The translations under genes and the position numbers were made by a program. The notes under the pieces are model-generated. The model made no database searches. It was not told where the DNA came from and saw only the letters and a program-made list of their open reading frames with translations. Below are positions 48,896 through 60,769 of a stretch of 64,000 nt of DNA, piece after piece. This DNA comes from Octopus sinensis (lineage: Eukaryota): assembly GCF_006345805.1 (NCBI RefSeq), contig NC_043000.1, positions 62,868,001 through 62,932,000 on the forward strand, given 5' to 3'. Position 1 is the stretch's first letter. Each line of letters begins with the position of its first letter.

Positions 48896-51020
48896 CCTTG
48901 AAGGATCGATAAAACGTGTCATTTTGCTTACAGGGTCAATTAAATTAGCTCCGCACTCCCTCTACAAATACGTGTGACCTGTCTACTCAGATCAGAAATC
49001 ATGGTATATATTTTAACTTCCCATCATTCCATAGACAGTTGTTACATTTCCAACAGCTTAGTTGTTAACATTTAATTTACTGTTAATTGGGAGAAGTCAA
49101 CCGCACGAATCAACGGCTTATTAATGTCATCAGGTAGATGCAGATAGCAATACAGATAGATAACCAGAATTGTAGAACATTATACGTGATGTTGTTTAAT
49201 ATTTCTGTCCCACCTTAGTCGATAAAATAAGTACCAGTTGAGCAATGGGGTCGATGTAATCGACTTACCCCTCCCCTGGAATTGCTGGCATCGTGCCAAA
49301 ATTTGAAATCAATATTTCTGCTCCACCTTAGAGTGGTGAGCTGGCAGAATCTTTAGCACACCGGACAAAACGCCGTTAAGCATTTTGTCCGTCTTTACGT
49401 TCCGAGTTCAAATTCAGCCATGATCAATTTTGCCTTTCACCCCCGGAATCGATAAAATAAGTACTAGTTGAGCACTAAAGTCGATGTGATCGACTTACCC
49501 ACTTCTCTGAAAGTGACGAGTAAAATGAATAATTACTAAGTTACATGTATCTTTCAAATGAATAATGAAACTGGGAAAATTCGTTGTTAGGCAAAGGAAG
49601 CGGCTTATTGAGTAGGTAGCTGTTTCAAAAGCCGGTGGTTCGCAGTAAAATTCATTTATTTAAAAGGAATTCTTGGTATTGAAAAAACTGAGAATCTCTG
49701 CTCTAAGCAGTTGTTCGATTTGCTTTAGATAGCAGCTAAGTTTCCTTCAAGTGACAGGCTGTCGTCTTAAAAATGGTAAGGACGCATTGTATAATCTATT
49801 CTAGATATACAAAAGAACGACACGGTAACGGTTGAACCTTTTGATTATAGGTCTCCTCAAACAGGGCTGATATAGGACTAAACTACAACTAGGCGTAAGG
49901 GTTTGTTATGAATCCTAGGACACAAGGCTGGAACTTAATGCAGTTTACATGGCGTTTAAGTGGCTGAAATTAAAAACAATCTGTCTTTGAACGGGACGGC
50001 GGTCCATCGCAGAGTTAAGTTCCCAGTTATTGCTGGATCTCATCGCATTAACGGCTGAGCAGACCGAAGCAACGTGAAATAAAGAGTTTTGCTGAAGGAA
50101 ATTGAAACCACGATTATATGATCATGAGTGTAACATGCTAACGACCAGGCCATGTACATTCACTAATGGCACAAATTTCTATTTCTTTAAACCTCATCAA
50201 ATTTAGAGCCATCATTGTGCATAGTTAGTAATAATATGAAAGAAAGAAATTAATATTAAGTTTCTGTAAGGCGGCGATCTGGCAGAAACGTTAGCATGCC
50301 GGGCGAAATGCTTAGCAGTATTTCATTTGTCTTTACGTTCCGATTCCAAATTCCGCCTTTCAGAGTCGATAAATTAAGTACCAGTTGCACACTGGGGTCG
50401 ATCTAGTCAACTGACCCCCTCCCCCAAAATTTCGGGCCTTATACCTAGAGTAGAAAAGGATATTAAGTCTCTGTGATGAACTATATATGTAAAGATTTTA
50501 ATTGTTACGAAACTTAAGTTCACAACTCAGATTTTGATAAATGGCTGAAACTAATGCATTTCACATACAGTGTTAATACCAATTGAGTAAGATAGACATG
50601 CGACTTCTATTTCATTCTCCGCCTTCATTCTAAATGTGCAGCTTAGTGTCTGAAAAAAAATCGATATCCTGTTTCATTAGATGTCCGGTGAAATAAGACG
50701 TTAAACACAGAAGGGAAAATGATCCTACATCGATAAACGGACAGATAGCTGGAACAAGTATTGCCAATAGATACCAGATTTTTTAAATACTAGCATCTAA
50801 TCTAGTTCTGAAAAGTGATCAACTGATGGAGATTCCACTGTATCTGGAAACATTACTCGAAAATAAATCCTTTTCAGAAACTAATATATGGCGATCTGCT
50901 CAGAAGAATTTTCCTATCGTAATAGAAGTTCAAAGGTAATCATTGTCAATAAATTTACCGTAGTTAATTTCTTTTTCTTTCTCAGATATTGTCTCTTTCC
51001 TGTGTCTATCCTCTCCCTCT

Positions 51021-51051
<31 letters not shown>

Positions 51052-51336
51052 AGCTCACTCACACACATATAATATAATGAGAAAAAGACATGAAAAAAGA
51101 ATAAGCGATTATCTTATGAACTTCATTAGCTGAGAGCTCTATGAGGAATTGCAATGTTATAAAATAATCGTTTGTTCTTTTATCATCTCTTTTTCTTATT
51201 ACCGCTCTATATTCGACTAACGCTTCATTCTGAAGCATATGTATATTGGGTTCTACCCCAGGTTATTAGTGTCACAATGCCTAAACAAAATAATGACCAG
51301 CTATAAACATAACATTAGATAATACAGTTCTATATT

Positions 51337-51627
51337 TAAGAGATGAGGAATTATGTACATTATTTATATTATTTACACGGCATATGGCGTAGTGGTTAAG
51401 AGCGCGGGCGACTAACAAGATTCCAAGTTCGATTCCAGGCAGTGACCTGAATAATAATAATAATAATAATAATGATAATAATAATATCGAAAAATACCTT
51501 AGGAATGAGAACCTAGGTTCGAAATTTCCTCCAGACACCTGATGAAGGCTGGAGGGTATATCAGTCGAAAAGTTGGGTTAAAAACAAACAAGATGAGGAC
51601 AAACATCCGTCAAATGTAAATAATGTA
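51337..51627 (+). mobile_element. Second copy of the tRNA-headed hammerhead element, with an inverted tail piece at its 5' end
   Basis: Inverted tail (agagatgaggaattatgtacattattt) at 51337-51368, head from 51380, (AAT)n, hammerhead, then tail catccgtcaaatgtaaataatgta. Confidence 0.75.
51534..51579 (+). ncRNA. Type I hammerhead motif (degenerate)
   Basis: GACAC-CUGAUGA-A-GGCUG(10 nt)CAGUC-GAAAA-GUU-GGGUU. C15.2 is A in this copy. Confidence 0.55.
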
Positions 51628-51879
51628 AATAAAGAACATTAAATGTTCGGATGTTCGAAGGTTGGCAGCCTGTCGTTAAAACTGTAGTACGCTATTGCAA
51701 TTCCTAGTTTGACAAATTTCGCTGACAAAGGGAACCCACTTTTAACTTGCTGGGTCGAGAGGAAGGGGCAGTGCGCATGGTCATTGCAAATCCTCCTAAA
51801 CTGGTGAAATCTATGCCATAAGTATTTCTTATTAAGTCTTCGTAAGTCAGCGCATGCGGAAAAGATATGAGCATGGAAA

Positions 51880-52760
51880 GAATTGTAGATCAACATTCTA
51901 AGAATGTAGGATTAGACGTTTGGGTACAAGATTGACGTGAAACGGAAAGACCAGAAGGATGGAAATGTGTGAAGCGGGGTGATATGAATCCAGCCAGTTA
52001 CAGAGTGCAGAAACTATAGTAATTATAGAATAGCTGAGAGAGGATACAACACGCTTGTAGATTAGTGGCAGAAGCATGTCTGTGAGTGACTTTATACCAA
52101 TCAATGAGGTGCTCATTTTTAGATGTAATCCTCAAATGTTTGTTTGTGCAGCAACAATACTGTGATGTGTACGGCAGTACTGTGATGTGTGCTAAAGCAT
52201 CACCAGCTGTGACAGAAATGCTCTCCACCTAAGTTTATTAATTAATTAATTTATTTATTTATTCTTCTTATGTACACGAGAGATGAAGGTCACGCAATTT
52301 TTTGCCGAACAACCAGTACAAATGATTTGTCTATAGTGATTAAACGTTTGTGCTGTACATTGACTTACTTCCTCCATCAAATCGACATTGCCTGTACATG
52401 TAAACTGTGTTCCACACATCAGCTGTCGTAGTGATCGCAAAGCAACGTGAGATGAAGTGTTTTGCTCAAGAACACAACGCACCATACGTTCCAGGAAACG
52501 AAACCACGATCATCCGATCGTGATTGTGATGCCCTAAACATTAGGCCACGTGCCTTCGCTTCACCTGAGCTTCAGAGAATATCAATAATTGTAGAGGGGA
52601 TGGAGGGCTAAAGTATTTTCTGACCTAAAGAGACAGGCCAGCCTTAGGAATGCGACCCTGTGTTAAACTGTAGAGTGTGGCCAGGATAACTAAGAAGGGT
52701 TGGAGATAGGGATTGTGTGATTTGCCCTGACAACGTATTTTGTTTCTTTTCGGGTTTAAA
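51880..52760 (-). mobile_element. CR1/L2-group LINE 3' remnant split by a SINE (52270-52557)
   Basis: Minus-strand traces LSWPH, VRKYFSPPSL, PYTSQYC and TNLQACCILSQLFYNYYSFC, resembling ...RKYF...LYK..RP.LEY...NLQPL..RR.V..L.LFYRYY. Confidence 0.5.
52270..52557 (-). mobile_element. tRNA-derived SINE family F (second copy at 42432-42722, +)
   Basis: The two copies share gagcaaaacacttcat...cacgttgct and cactatagacaaatcatttgt...gttcggcaaaa. Confidence 0.6.
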
Positions 52761-52893
52761 GCAAAAACACACGTATCATAATATGAGTTGTCTTAATGTG
52801 ACGATAGTAGTAATTTTGTTTTCCTTTCTTCTTTTCCTTCGTCTCACTCATCTTTATTTGATTAAAGCAACACATGCACGTTAAGTATGTGAT

Positions 52894-53175
52894 ACTGAAG
52901 TCGACTGTCGCGGTTTTCCAGTTAGATCAGAGCGCTATTTCCTGCAGAAGATAGGTCTGCATTCCAGACGACTGAAGAAGGCTTTCAATGAGATAGGCAC
53001 AGCAGCTGAAACCGGCTCAAGGCTGATAAGAGACCGCAAGTGGAACCCTTCTGCAGGTGAAGGCCGATTCAGTCATCGCTGTCTCACACCGATAAAGAGT
53101 AAAAGAAAAAGGACGAAAAGTTTGTGACTTTGAGATAATAGCTGACGAGAGATAAGGCTTTCCAGCATTGCAATC
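52894..53175 (+). mobile_element. 3' fragment of a HERO/NeSL-type RLE non-LTR retrotransposon
   Basis: Encodes EVDCRGFPVRSERYFLQKIGLHSRRLKKAFNEIGTAAETGSRLIRDRKW, resembling the HERO C-terminus PVEVGCRGF...IGEAAERASRWLW. Confidence 0.65.
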
Positions 53176-53279
53176 GATTTAGAACCTCAGAGTAGCTTCT
53201 GCAGTTTCCGCTGGAGTGAAAACTCTCTGATATATACATGCATAAATGATGCATACATATATACATATGATGATGATGA

Positions 53280-53328
53280 TGACATACACACATATATATA
53301 TATACATATATATTATATATATATATAT

Positions 53329-53360
<32 letters not shown>

Positions 53361-53435
53361 CATATATATATATATACATACATACATACACACACACACA
53401 CATATATATATATAATATATATATATATATATAAA
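53280..53435. repeat. Interrupted (TA/CA)n low-complexity tract
   Basis: Direct reading; a further (TA)n lies at 53695-53765. Confidence 0.9.
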
Positions 53436-53489
53436 TATAAATAACCGAATTATCCATAATAAGATAATTCATTCAACTACTCAAATATA

Positions 53490-53534
<45 letters not shown>

Positions 53535-53536
<2 letters not shown>

Positions 53537-53690
53537 ATTGGATCTTTCCTTTTCCTATGTTTCTGACGAAGAGCTCCTCTCGAAACGTTAAACCCTCCTT
53601 CTTTCCTTCTTTCCTGAGCGTCCAATAACACTATACTTGTTCCACGTCCTCGCGTTGTTGTTTTCTCTTTGTGTTTTCATGTTTGGATTA

Positions 53691-53695
<5 letters not shown>
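53535..53695 (+). mobile_element. Penelope-type pseudo-LTR segment carrying a hammerhead
   Basis: Contains an intact minimal hammerhead and is bounded by (TG)/(TA) microsatellites next to a Penelope ORF fragment. Confidence 0.6.
53559..53593 (+). ncRNA. Minimal type I hammerhead ribozyme motif (intact core)
   Basis: Stem I GUUU/AAAC, core CUGACGA, extra A, stem II GAG/CUC, then GAAAC-GUU with a self-complementary AACGUU stem III. Confidence 0.7.
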
Positions 53696-53771
<76 letters not shown>

Positions 53772-53794
53772 GTATGTATACTGCTGTACATATC

Positions 53795-54050
53795 TACATA
53801 CAACCCCAGAAACAGAGAAGCCTTCACCAACATGTCCAAAATTTACCAATGCTACATAAGGACCCCAAATTAAAGGAAATTTTACACACACATAAGATAA
53901 TTAAAAGCTACAAACAAACGAAATTACTAAAAAAGATCCTCTTAAAGACTAAATTATTTTCTAAAATAACGGACGCAAAAGGGAAGAAATGTCGTCGACC
54001 AAATTGCGCAACATGAAGGATCAGAATTCCTTTTCAAAGAGAAACAAAAA
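53795..54050 (+). mobile_element. Penelope-like element ORF fragment (RT-thumb to GIY-YIG linker)
   Basis: TYNPRNREAF, frameshift, then QNLPMLHKDPKLKEILHTHKIIKSYKQTKLLKKILLKTK...KKCRRPNCAT*, matching the PLE pattern TYNP...IIKS.RQP.NLK.LL....C..P.C..C. Confidence 0.7.
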
Positions 54051-54164
54051 TTCAAAATTTAATCTCTTAGATACCCTAAATTATAATTTTAATAATAATT
54101 ATTACCTTTGACGGTTTTTATTCTGATCTTATAACGATCTCATCCTTATTTATATAAATTTATG

Positions 54165-54595
54165 GCACCATTCGAGTGTGATCGTTACGAGCGTCGCATT
54201 ACTGGCACTTGTGCCCCGTGCTAGTAGGGTGCTAAGAGCACTATCCGAGCGTGATCGCTGCCAGTGCGGCGAACTAGCTTCCGTGCCGGTGGCATGTAAA
54301 AGGCATCATTCGAGCGTGATCGTTACCAGCATCGCCTTACTGGCACCTGTGCCGGTGGCATGTGTAAAAAGATTCGAGCGAGGTCGTTACCAGTACCGCC
54401 TGACGGGCCCCGTGCCGGTGGCATGTAAAAGCACCCAACACTCTCGGAGTGGTTGGCGTTAGGAAGGGCATCCAGCTGTAGAAACTCTGCCAGATCAAGA
54501 CTGGAGCCTGGTGCAGCCATCTGGTTCGCCAGCACTCAGTCAAATCGTCCAACCCATGCTGGCATGGAAAGCGGACGTTAAACGATGATGATGAT
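54165..54595 (+). mobile_element. SINE-like repeat with four internal tandem units, an AGGAAGGGCATCC core and a (GAT)n tail
   Basis: Tail ggacgttaaacgatgatgatgat. Related copies at 63758-64000 (-), ~35535-35670 (-) and ~28375-28600 (-). Confidence 0.75.
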
Positions 54596-54606
54596 ACTGA
54601 TGATAA

Positions 54607-54782
<176 letters not shown>

Positions 54783-55252
54783 AAGGCCTATTTTGAAATT
54801 TATTTACACTGTTGATTTTTATGTTTACCTACCTTATCACTGTGCCTGTTATATAAAGATATGAGTTATTGCCGATGTTAATGACTGAAATAGAATGAAT
54901 AATATTATCATCCACGCCCCCTTAGATGTTTGCTTAAGACCCAAAATTGTAAAAGTATTTTCGTTATTATCTATTGTTGGTGCTGTTTTTCTCTTTTTAA
55001 TTTTTTTACCTGGTATATATTTCATATATGGTGATTTACAGCATTATTCTTATTACAGCATTATTGTTTACAAAGGGTGATTCAGTTCTGTTAAAGACAC
55101 TCGTATACTAGGTGGTCTTGTTCTACTGGGTGACGCCTCCATACCTGCTCGCGCGCGAGAGTCTGCGTCTGTGTGTTTATTAACACACGTTAAATTTTAA
55201 CTTAATGCGGACAAGAACAAGCTTGAAAGAATGCATGTGAATGATGTCTTAC

Positions 55253-55384
55253 CTGGTACAGAAACATTTCCGCCAGACGGAGCCACTTTGTCGCCTTGTT
55301 TCTTTGATCTTGATTTTTTTACTGGACGTCGAGGTCTCTTAGGTAACCTCAAACCAATATACATCGCTTGTCTATGGTCCGCAA
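55253..55384 (-). CDS. SLC4A8/SLC4A10-like: SLC4 bicarbonate transporter, N-terminal coding exon (first of three seen; 132 bp, phase 1 to 1)
   Basis: Acceptor ttttatatttgcag and donor ccag|gtaaga on the minus strand. Translates (x)ADHRQAMYIGLRLPKRPRRPVKKSRSKKQGDKVAPSGGNVSVP, resembling the SLC4 GHR-x-(L/V)YVGVRMP plus basic tract. The terminal G joins TG of the next exon to give Val in frame. Confidence 0.85.
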
Positions 55385-55729
55385 CTGCAAATATAAAAAT
55401 CAAATGAATTCTTGTGAAAACTGTGTGGAAAACAATAACATGAAAACTTAGCAATTCACTATTGAAATTTGAACCTGGTACTTTTGTCCCATGCTTCAAA
55501 GTCTACCCAACTAATCTCTAATAAAACGTTTTTTTTACATAGACACACGACCAGAAATTTGATAGAGAAGCAGTTGATTATATCGCCCCCGTTACTTGAC
55601 TGCTAACTTATTTTCTCGACATTGAAAGGATGAGAAGCAAAGGTAACTCCAGTGAGAATTGAATCCAGAAATGTAAATACACGTAACTAAATAGCACAAT
55701 GCATTTTGCTCGACACTCTACCGATCCGG

Positions 55730-56269
55730 CCATTTGTATTAAGGATGTCTATCGCAAACATCTTGTCTTTGAAATCACCATTAGAGGCGACCTTCAATGC
55801 ACGCAATTTTTCCACCATACTGTCCATGCTAGCACAGAAGCTGAAACGTTTGCCACCTTAAACAACCCTCACGAGTTAATCTTCCTCAACTCTTCATCCA
55901 CCATCATCCTCAACTCTTCATCAGATCGTCTGAGCCCTGATTACTGAAGGCAAATTGTCTAACAACATTTGATCCTCGAGCCTTCTGGTACTTGAACTCA
56001 TCTAATTGGACGGCGTTGCTAATTACCCTTAACAGCAAAAATACAGTTCACCTTCAACCTTCATGAGTTAGTTAAGCGGATGAAGATAACTGACACCATC
56101 CGCGAGCTCATGGAGGAGCCTCTATGTGGTTGCTTAGCCTGCAAGAAATAGCGGCTAAGAAGCCTGGATGACGTCACTTGCCGGCACTAACTGAAAGTTC
56201 TTTTCTAATCATTGCAGTGTTTGGAGGAAAACAAACGATATGTCTATGCACCATACAGCATGAAAGCAC

Positions 56270-56337
<68 letters not shown>

Positions 56338-57330
56338 CTTTATTGCAGCCAGCCCTTCGAGTCTCTTGTTAAAATCACTCCTGTCACCTTTATAAATGGT
56401 TCATACTCGATATCAAGAGGGCCTACAATTGTTCCTCACGCAGTTATAGCCTTCTCATTTCCATCACGTTTTTCATTCAACTTTATGGTGCCAACGTGCA
56501 GAGAGATACGCAATAAAACTCGTAATCCTCTCTTCATGGCTCAACTGGTTGCCAAAGGTGTAAACTTCTTCAGTGACGTCGATAAAAGACGACAACAGGT
56601 CCTGTTAATGTTATTTCTATTATTGTTTCCAAAAGAAGTGCACCTGAGCCAATACCTATTCCCACAAGCTCACAAATGTTTCTCCTCTTAAGAGGATCTA
56701 GTTCAACTTATGGAAACATGGAGCTGCGTCTCATAACCTCTCAGTTAAATAATGACATCTTCACTTTTATATCAACATGGGTATGATTCAAGACCCTTGT
56801 AGCTAAGATATCCACTTATAGACCTCATCGACTCTTATCTTTTGGATTAGAAGTTGCTACTCCATAGTGTGTGTTGATAACGCTGTTTCACGCATATTCT
56901 ATTAACTCTGGTTTATTTCGAGATCAAATTATATAACCTAGACCATACTGTATGGACATTAAAGACAATCTCACTGTCACTTCTAACAACATGCTTCTAT
57001 GCATATGATGTAACCCTTACTTTAAGAAAGAAACAGCTTTGCACAACACCACCTAAACAACATACAGCTAAAGCAAATACTTATCCAACACAACTACTAG
57101 ATCCCGTTCGTGCTGTTTTCTCTTCCTCCTTTCTTTCACCTGCTCCTACAGATTAGTAAATTTATTTGCCCCTCCATCAAAGCTTATCCCATTACTTCTT
57201 TATATTTCGCCACTTCTATGTATCTCAGTCACCAAGCTCAGCATGAAACATGCTTCTCAATCCTTACTACTTATATCTTCCGCTAAAAATCTCTTATTCT
57301 GGTTCACGTTTTAACTTACAGGCATTAAAA
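55730..57330 (+). mobile_element. Ancient CR1/L2-group LINE remnant (APE plus RT), interrupted by (CT)n and a short repeat
   Basis: Frameshifted traces EITIRGDL (GDFN-like), AETFATLNNPHELI, GPVNVISIIVSK (YRPI..LS.ISK-like), INSG and FYAYDVTL (YADD-like). Confidence 0.55.
56272..56334. repeat. (CT)n microsatellite
   Basis: Direct reading. Confidence 0.95.
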
Positions 57331-58138
57331 GGTCGAAATGATAAAGCAAGTACATTGATCGCAATAATCTAAGAGGGTTTTGGGCATTGCCCCTATCTCT
57401 TCCAACTAAATAATATAACTCTGGGGTGTCCCGAAACAGCAATATTACAATAAATAAAAGTCCTAATCAAGTTGCAAGGCTGTTTGATTATAGGTGACGA
57501 CGAGAAGGTTTAAAAACATTCAGTACGTTCTATTTTATTCACATCTTATTTTTATTCACATTTTTTACTTAGAAGTTTCCGTTTCATTCTGAAAAATATC
57601 TGCACAGGATATACAACTAGTGCATGATATTCTCATTAATATTTTGCTTGCATTTAAAAATATACTTGGCATAACTAACATACAATGACATATTAATGCC
57701 AGTCTTTAATTGATGTATTATGAAAATGAGAAAGAGCGATCCTATGTGATATCATAGACAATAGCAGCTTGCTTCTGGCTTGAAGTCAGACTGACTTATG
57801 AATATGGTGGTGGTGGCAATGGCAGCGGTGGTGGTGGCGGTAACGATGAAAAGGAGAATTTTTATTGTATTGCACATAATAGCTGTCAGTTATTTATAAA
57901 CAATAAAACGCTAATTCTTGAAGTAAAATTTCATGGTATTTCAGAAATCTGAAAACAAACAAAACTAATGTAAAACACAGTATTCATTTCGCCTTTTGCT
58001 AATATTCAGGAAGCTAATATTTACTTAATTAATGATTCATAAAACAAATGTTAATACAGCAACTCATTTCTGGTTAAGTTTGTGATTTTTCTTCCTTTCT
58101 TCTGTCTATTTGTTCCTCCTCACACACACACACACACA

Positions 58139-58183
<45 letters not shown>

Positions 58184-58706
58184 TTCTCCATCTCCCTTCT
58201 CTCTATCTCTCTCTATTCAACAATGACAACATTTGGTATCTGGTACTTTAAGCAACAGGTTGTATGTGTTATATTAACTCATATGTATAAGTTTATTTTT
58301 CAGTTCATCCTTCACTCTTTCTAATCATACTTTTCGCTTTATATTTAATTTCATTTTTATCAAATTTTCAAAGAAAACGAAATATTATTTCTCCTCCTCA
58401 ACCTTTTTTGTTTTTTCTCGGGGAAACTATCCTGATGGCAGAACATTCGCCATGTGCATTGTCTTCCTGAATGCAAGAAACTAAGCTCACGCGGCTTCTT
58501 CATTTCGTTATAGTCCCTTAAACTAACAAACGAGTTATTGGGGATTATTTAAGAGTATTGGATGCAGAACTACACATTTCGTAATATACATAGAAGTAAA
58601 AAAAATAAGAATGTATTAAATCGAATAATAGAAAATGACTGTGTTGATCGTTTAATAAGCCATAAGTTTGTTGAATACACTGTGTAACAAAAATTATATT
58701 ATTATT

Positions 58707-59110
58707 AGAGACGTCGCATAGTATACAATATCGTGAGGTTGTTGATTGAAGATATGGTCTTCCGGGGGTTTTGTATTGTTTGTCAAGTTACAAGGACCTC
58801 AGACAGACAGTACCTTACGCAATATGCGTGCAGTTCCAAGTAAATCCGACTTTTGTAGGGTATTTCTAAGGTTTTCAGATGTTTTTTTTTCTCGATTGGG
58901 TGGTATTGAACCCAATGCTCCGATGACAATAGGGATAACCTTTAAGTTTGACTCTCGTAGCTGCCACATCTTAGCGATCTGAATTCTCAGGTCTCCATAT
59001 TTATCAACCTTTTCTCTTTCTTTCATGATATGTTGATCTTCTGGCACTGCCACGTCGATTACTAGGCACTCGTGTTTGTCCCTTCTAAAGGTTTCTATAT
59101 CCGGCCTCCT
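58707..59110 (-). mobile_element. 3' fragment of an R4/Dong-clade non-LTR retrotransposon (restriction-like endonuclease)
   Basis: Encodes RPDIETFRRDKHECLVIDVAVPEDQHIMKEREKVDKYGDLRIQIAKMW...VIPIVIGALGSIP...LLGTARILRKVLSV*, a PD-(D/E)xK RLE. Flanked by TAA repeats on both sides. Confidence 0.85.
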
Positions 59111-59128
59111 TTATTATTATTATTATTA

Positions 59129-59173
<45 letters not shown>

Positions 59174-59180
59174 CATCATA

Positions 59181-59233
<53 letters not shown>

Positions 59234-59258
59234 CATCATTATTGTTGTTGTTGTTGTT
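59110..59258. repeat. (TTA)n microsatellite with (TCA)/(TTG) variants
   Basis: Direct reading; abuts the R4/Dong fragment. Confidence 0.95.
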
Positions 59259-60659
59259 TGGTTTTGGCCAATAAGTGTTATTTCTTATTTGTTTCAAACT
59301 AAAAATCGAAAGAAATGATTACTATTCCCTTCAAACTTTGCTTTTGTGACATCAATGTTTTGAAACTGACCTATTTTCCATTACATTTCAAACAGATTCA
59401 GCGCTGAGTTGTGGAAGCAGAAATATCGTTATAGCAAATATTCTGCTCAGTACCACAGATTTGCTTGTCAGTTGCTTCACCTTAACCACATGAGCATGTC
59501 CATTGGTGGCTGACTAATATATGCATCTCTGATCATGCGTAGGAGTAGTGGAGGAACATCATAGCCATGTACTGAGGGGGGTTCTTTGGAGTTTGAATAA
59601 ATATCGCAACAAAAGCAAAGTTTGAAGGAAATATTAGTCATTTTTCATGCTTTCTAAGAGTAAGCAAATAGGAAATAACAATTGCTACCCAAGGACAAAA
59701 ATCGTGTTATGCAGTGATATCAATCACCGTTTTATTGTACCTCTGGACAGTTTACTCGCTTCTAATCCCTTCAATTTATCTTCGAAAAGTATCAGTATAT
59801 CCATAGAAAGATTTCTTTTCATTCATTGACACTCCAGAAATTAGCTTTGCAAACTAAAAATTAATAGTTAAAAAATAATAATAAAACAAAAAAAGTTTCT
59901 TGTCTTCAAATTAGCTAAAACCTATCTGAAATTATCCGAACTCTCCTTTGAATGGACATTTTGAAGGATCAAAAAAGACTAAATAGGATCCATTACAAAA
60001 AAAAAAAGCACCTGATCGATTCTTCACCTTCCTGAAACTTATTATCTTTTTAAAAGCTAAGTTTTAAAGAGAATCTCATTCGTTACTGAACAATACCTTA
60101 TTTTGAAAGAAACGTTTGAACCAATGACTGAACTCTACATGGTAGTCTTTCTTGTTAGAGATAACAGCCAAGTTCCCGTCATATCACATGCTACCACTTT
60201 CAAAATAGGAACGACAGATTAAATTCTGTTATTCAATCTATGATAAATGTTCTCGCAGGACTGTTTTTGCTTACAATCCTACACGTTCACCACAAAACAA
60301 CAATAATTACAAGCCGGATTTCGTTCTGGAAAACCAACTACGAGGATGGGTTTCTACAAAAGAAAATTATAGAAACAATTTTGTTAATCTCACTACGGTT
60401 TACCAGACAGTTAACCACCACTTATTGTTAAAAAGGATGTTTAATTTTAAAAATGCCGTGACTCTCACATAGTTAATTGATGTTATTGTAGTAAATACAT
60501 GCCTATTTGTAATGATGAACAGCAAGTTATTAGAACTAAAACTCGCATTGTCGAGCAGCAGAAAAATGAAATCCTGTTTTCTGCAAGAATGCAGAGAAAG
60601 ATTCTTGAGATTTGAGGAGACTTGTTACCGCAAGACAACTAAAATAGCATGTAATAGTT

Positions 60660-60736
60660 TGAAGAAGAAGAAGAAGAAGAAGAAGAAGAAGAAGAAAAGA
60701 AGAAGAAGAAGAAGAAGAAGAAGAAGAAGAAGAAGA
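60660..60736. repeat. (GAA)n microsatellite
   Basis: Direct reading. Confidence 0.95.
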
Positions 60737-60769
60737 ACTATATTTTATTGACCATGTAGGGATGAAAGG

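Noticed and set aside
52970-53015. CTGAAGA...GAAAC hammerhead-like string
   Set aside because: No GUH cleavage triplet or stem I, and it lies within the HERO-like reading frame.
54165-54435. CRISPR-like array
   Set aside because: Eukaryotic context; the units are degenerate along their full length with no unique spacers, inside a dispersed SINE-like repeat.
56212-56691. 159-aa ORF as a membrane-protein exon
   Set aside because: Starts in a (CT)n tract and continues through a decayed CR1-like RT; no splice signals or host-gene homology.
59741-59822. Possible SLC4 start exon MKRNLSMDILILFEDKLKGLEASKLSR with a phase-1 donor ag|gtacaa
   Set aside because: Phase-compatible but with a weak donor and no homology; such frames arise by chance in 8 kb.
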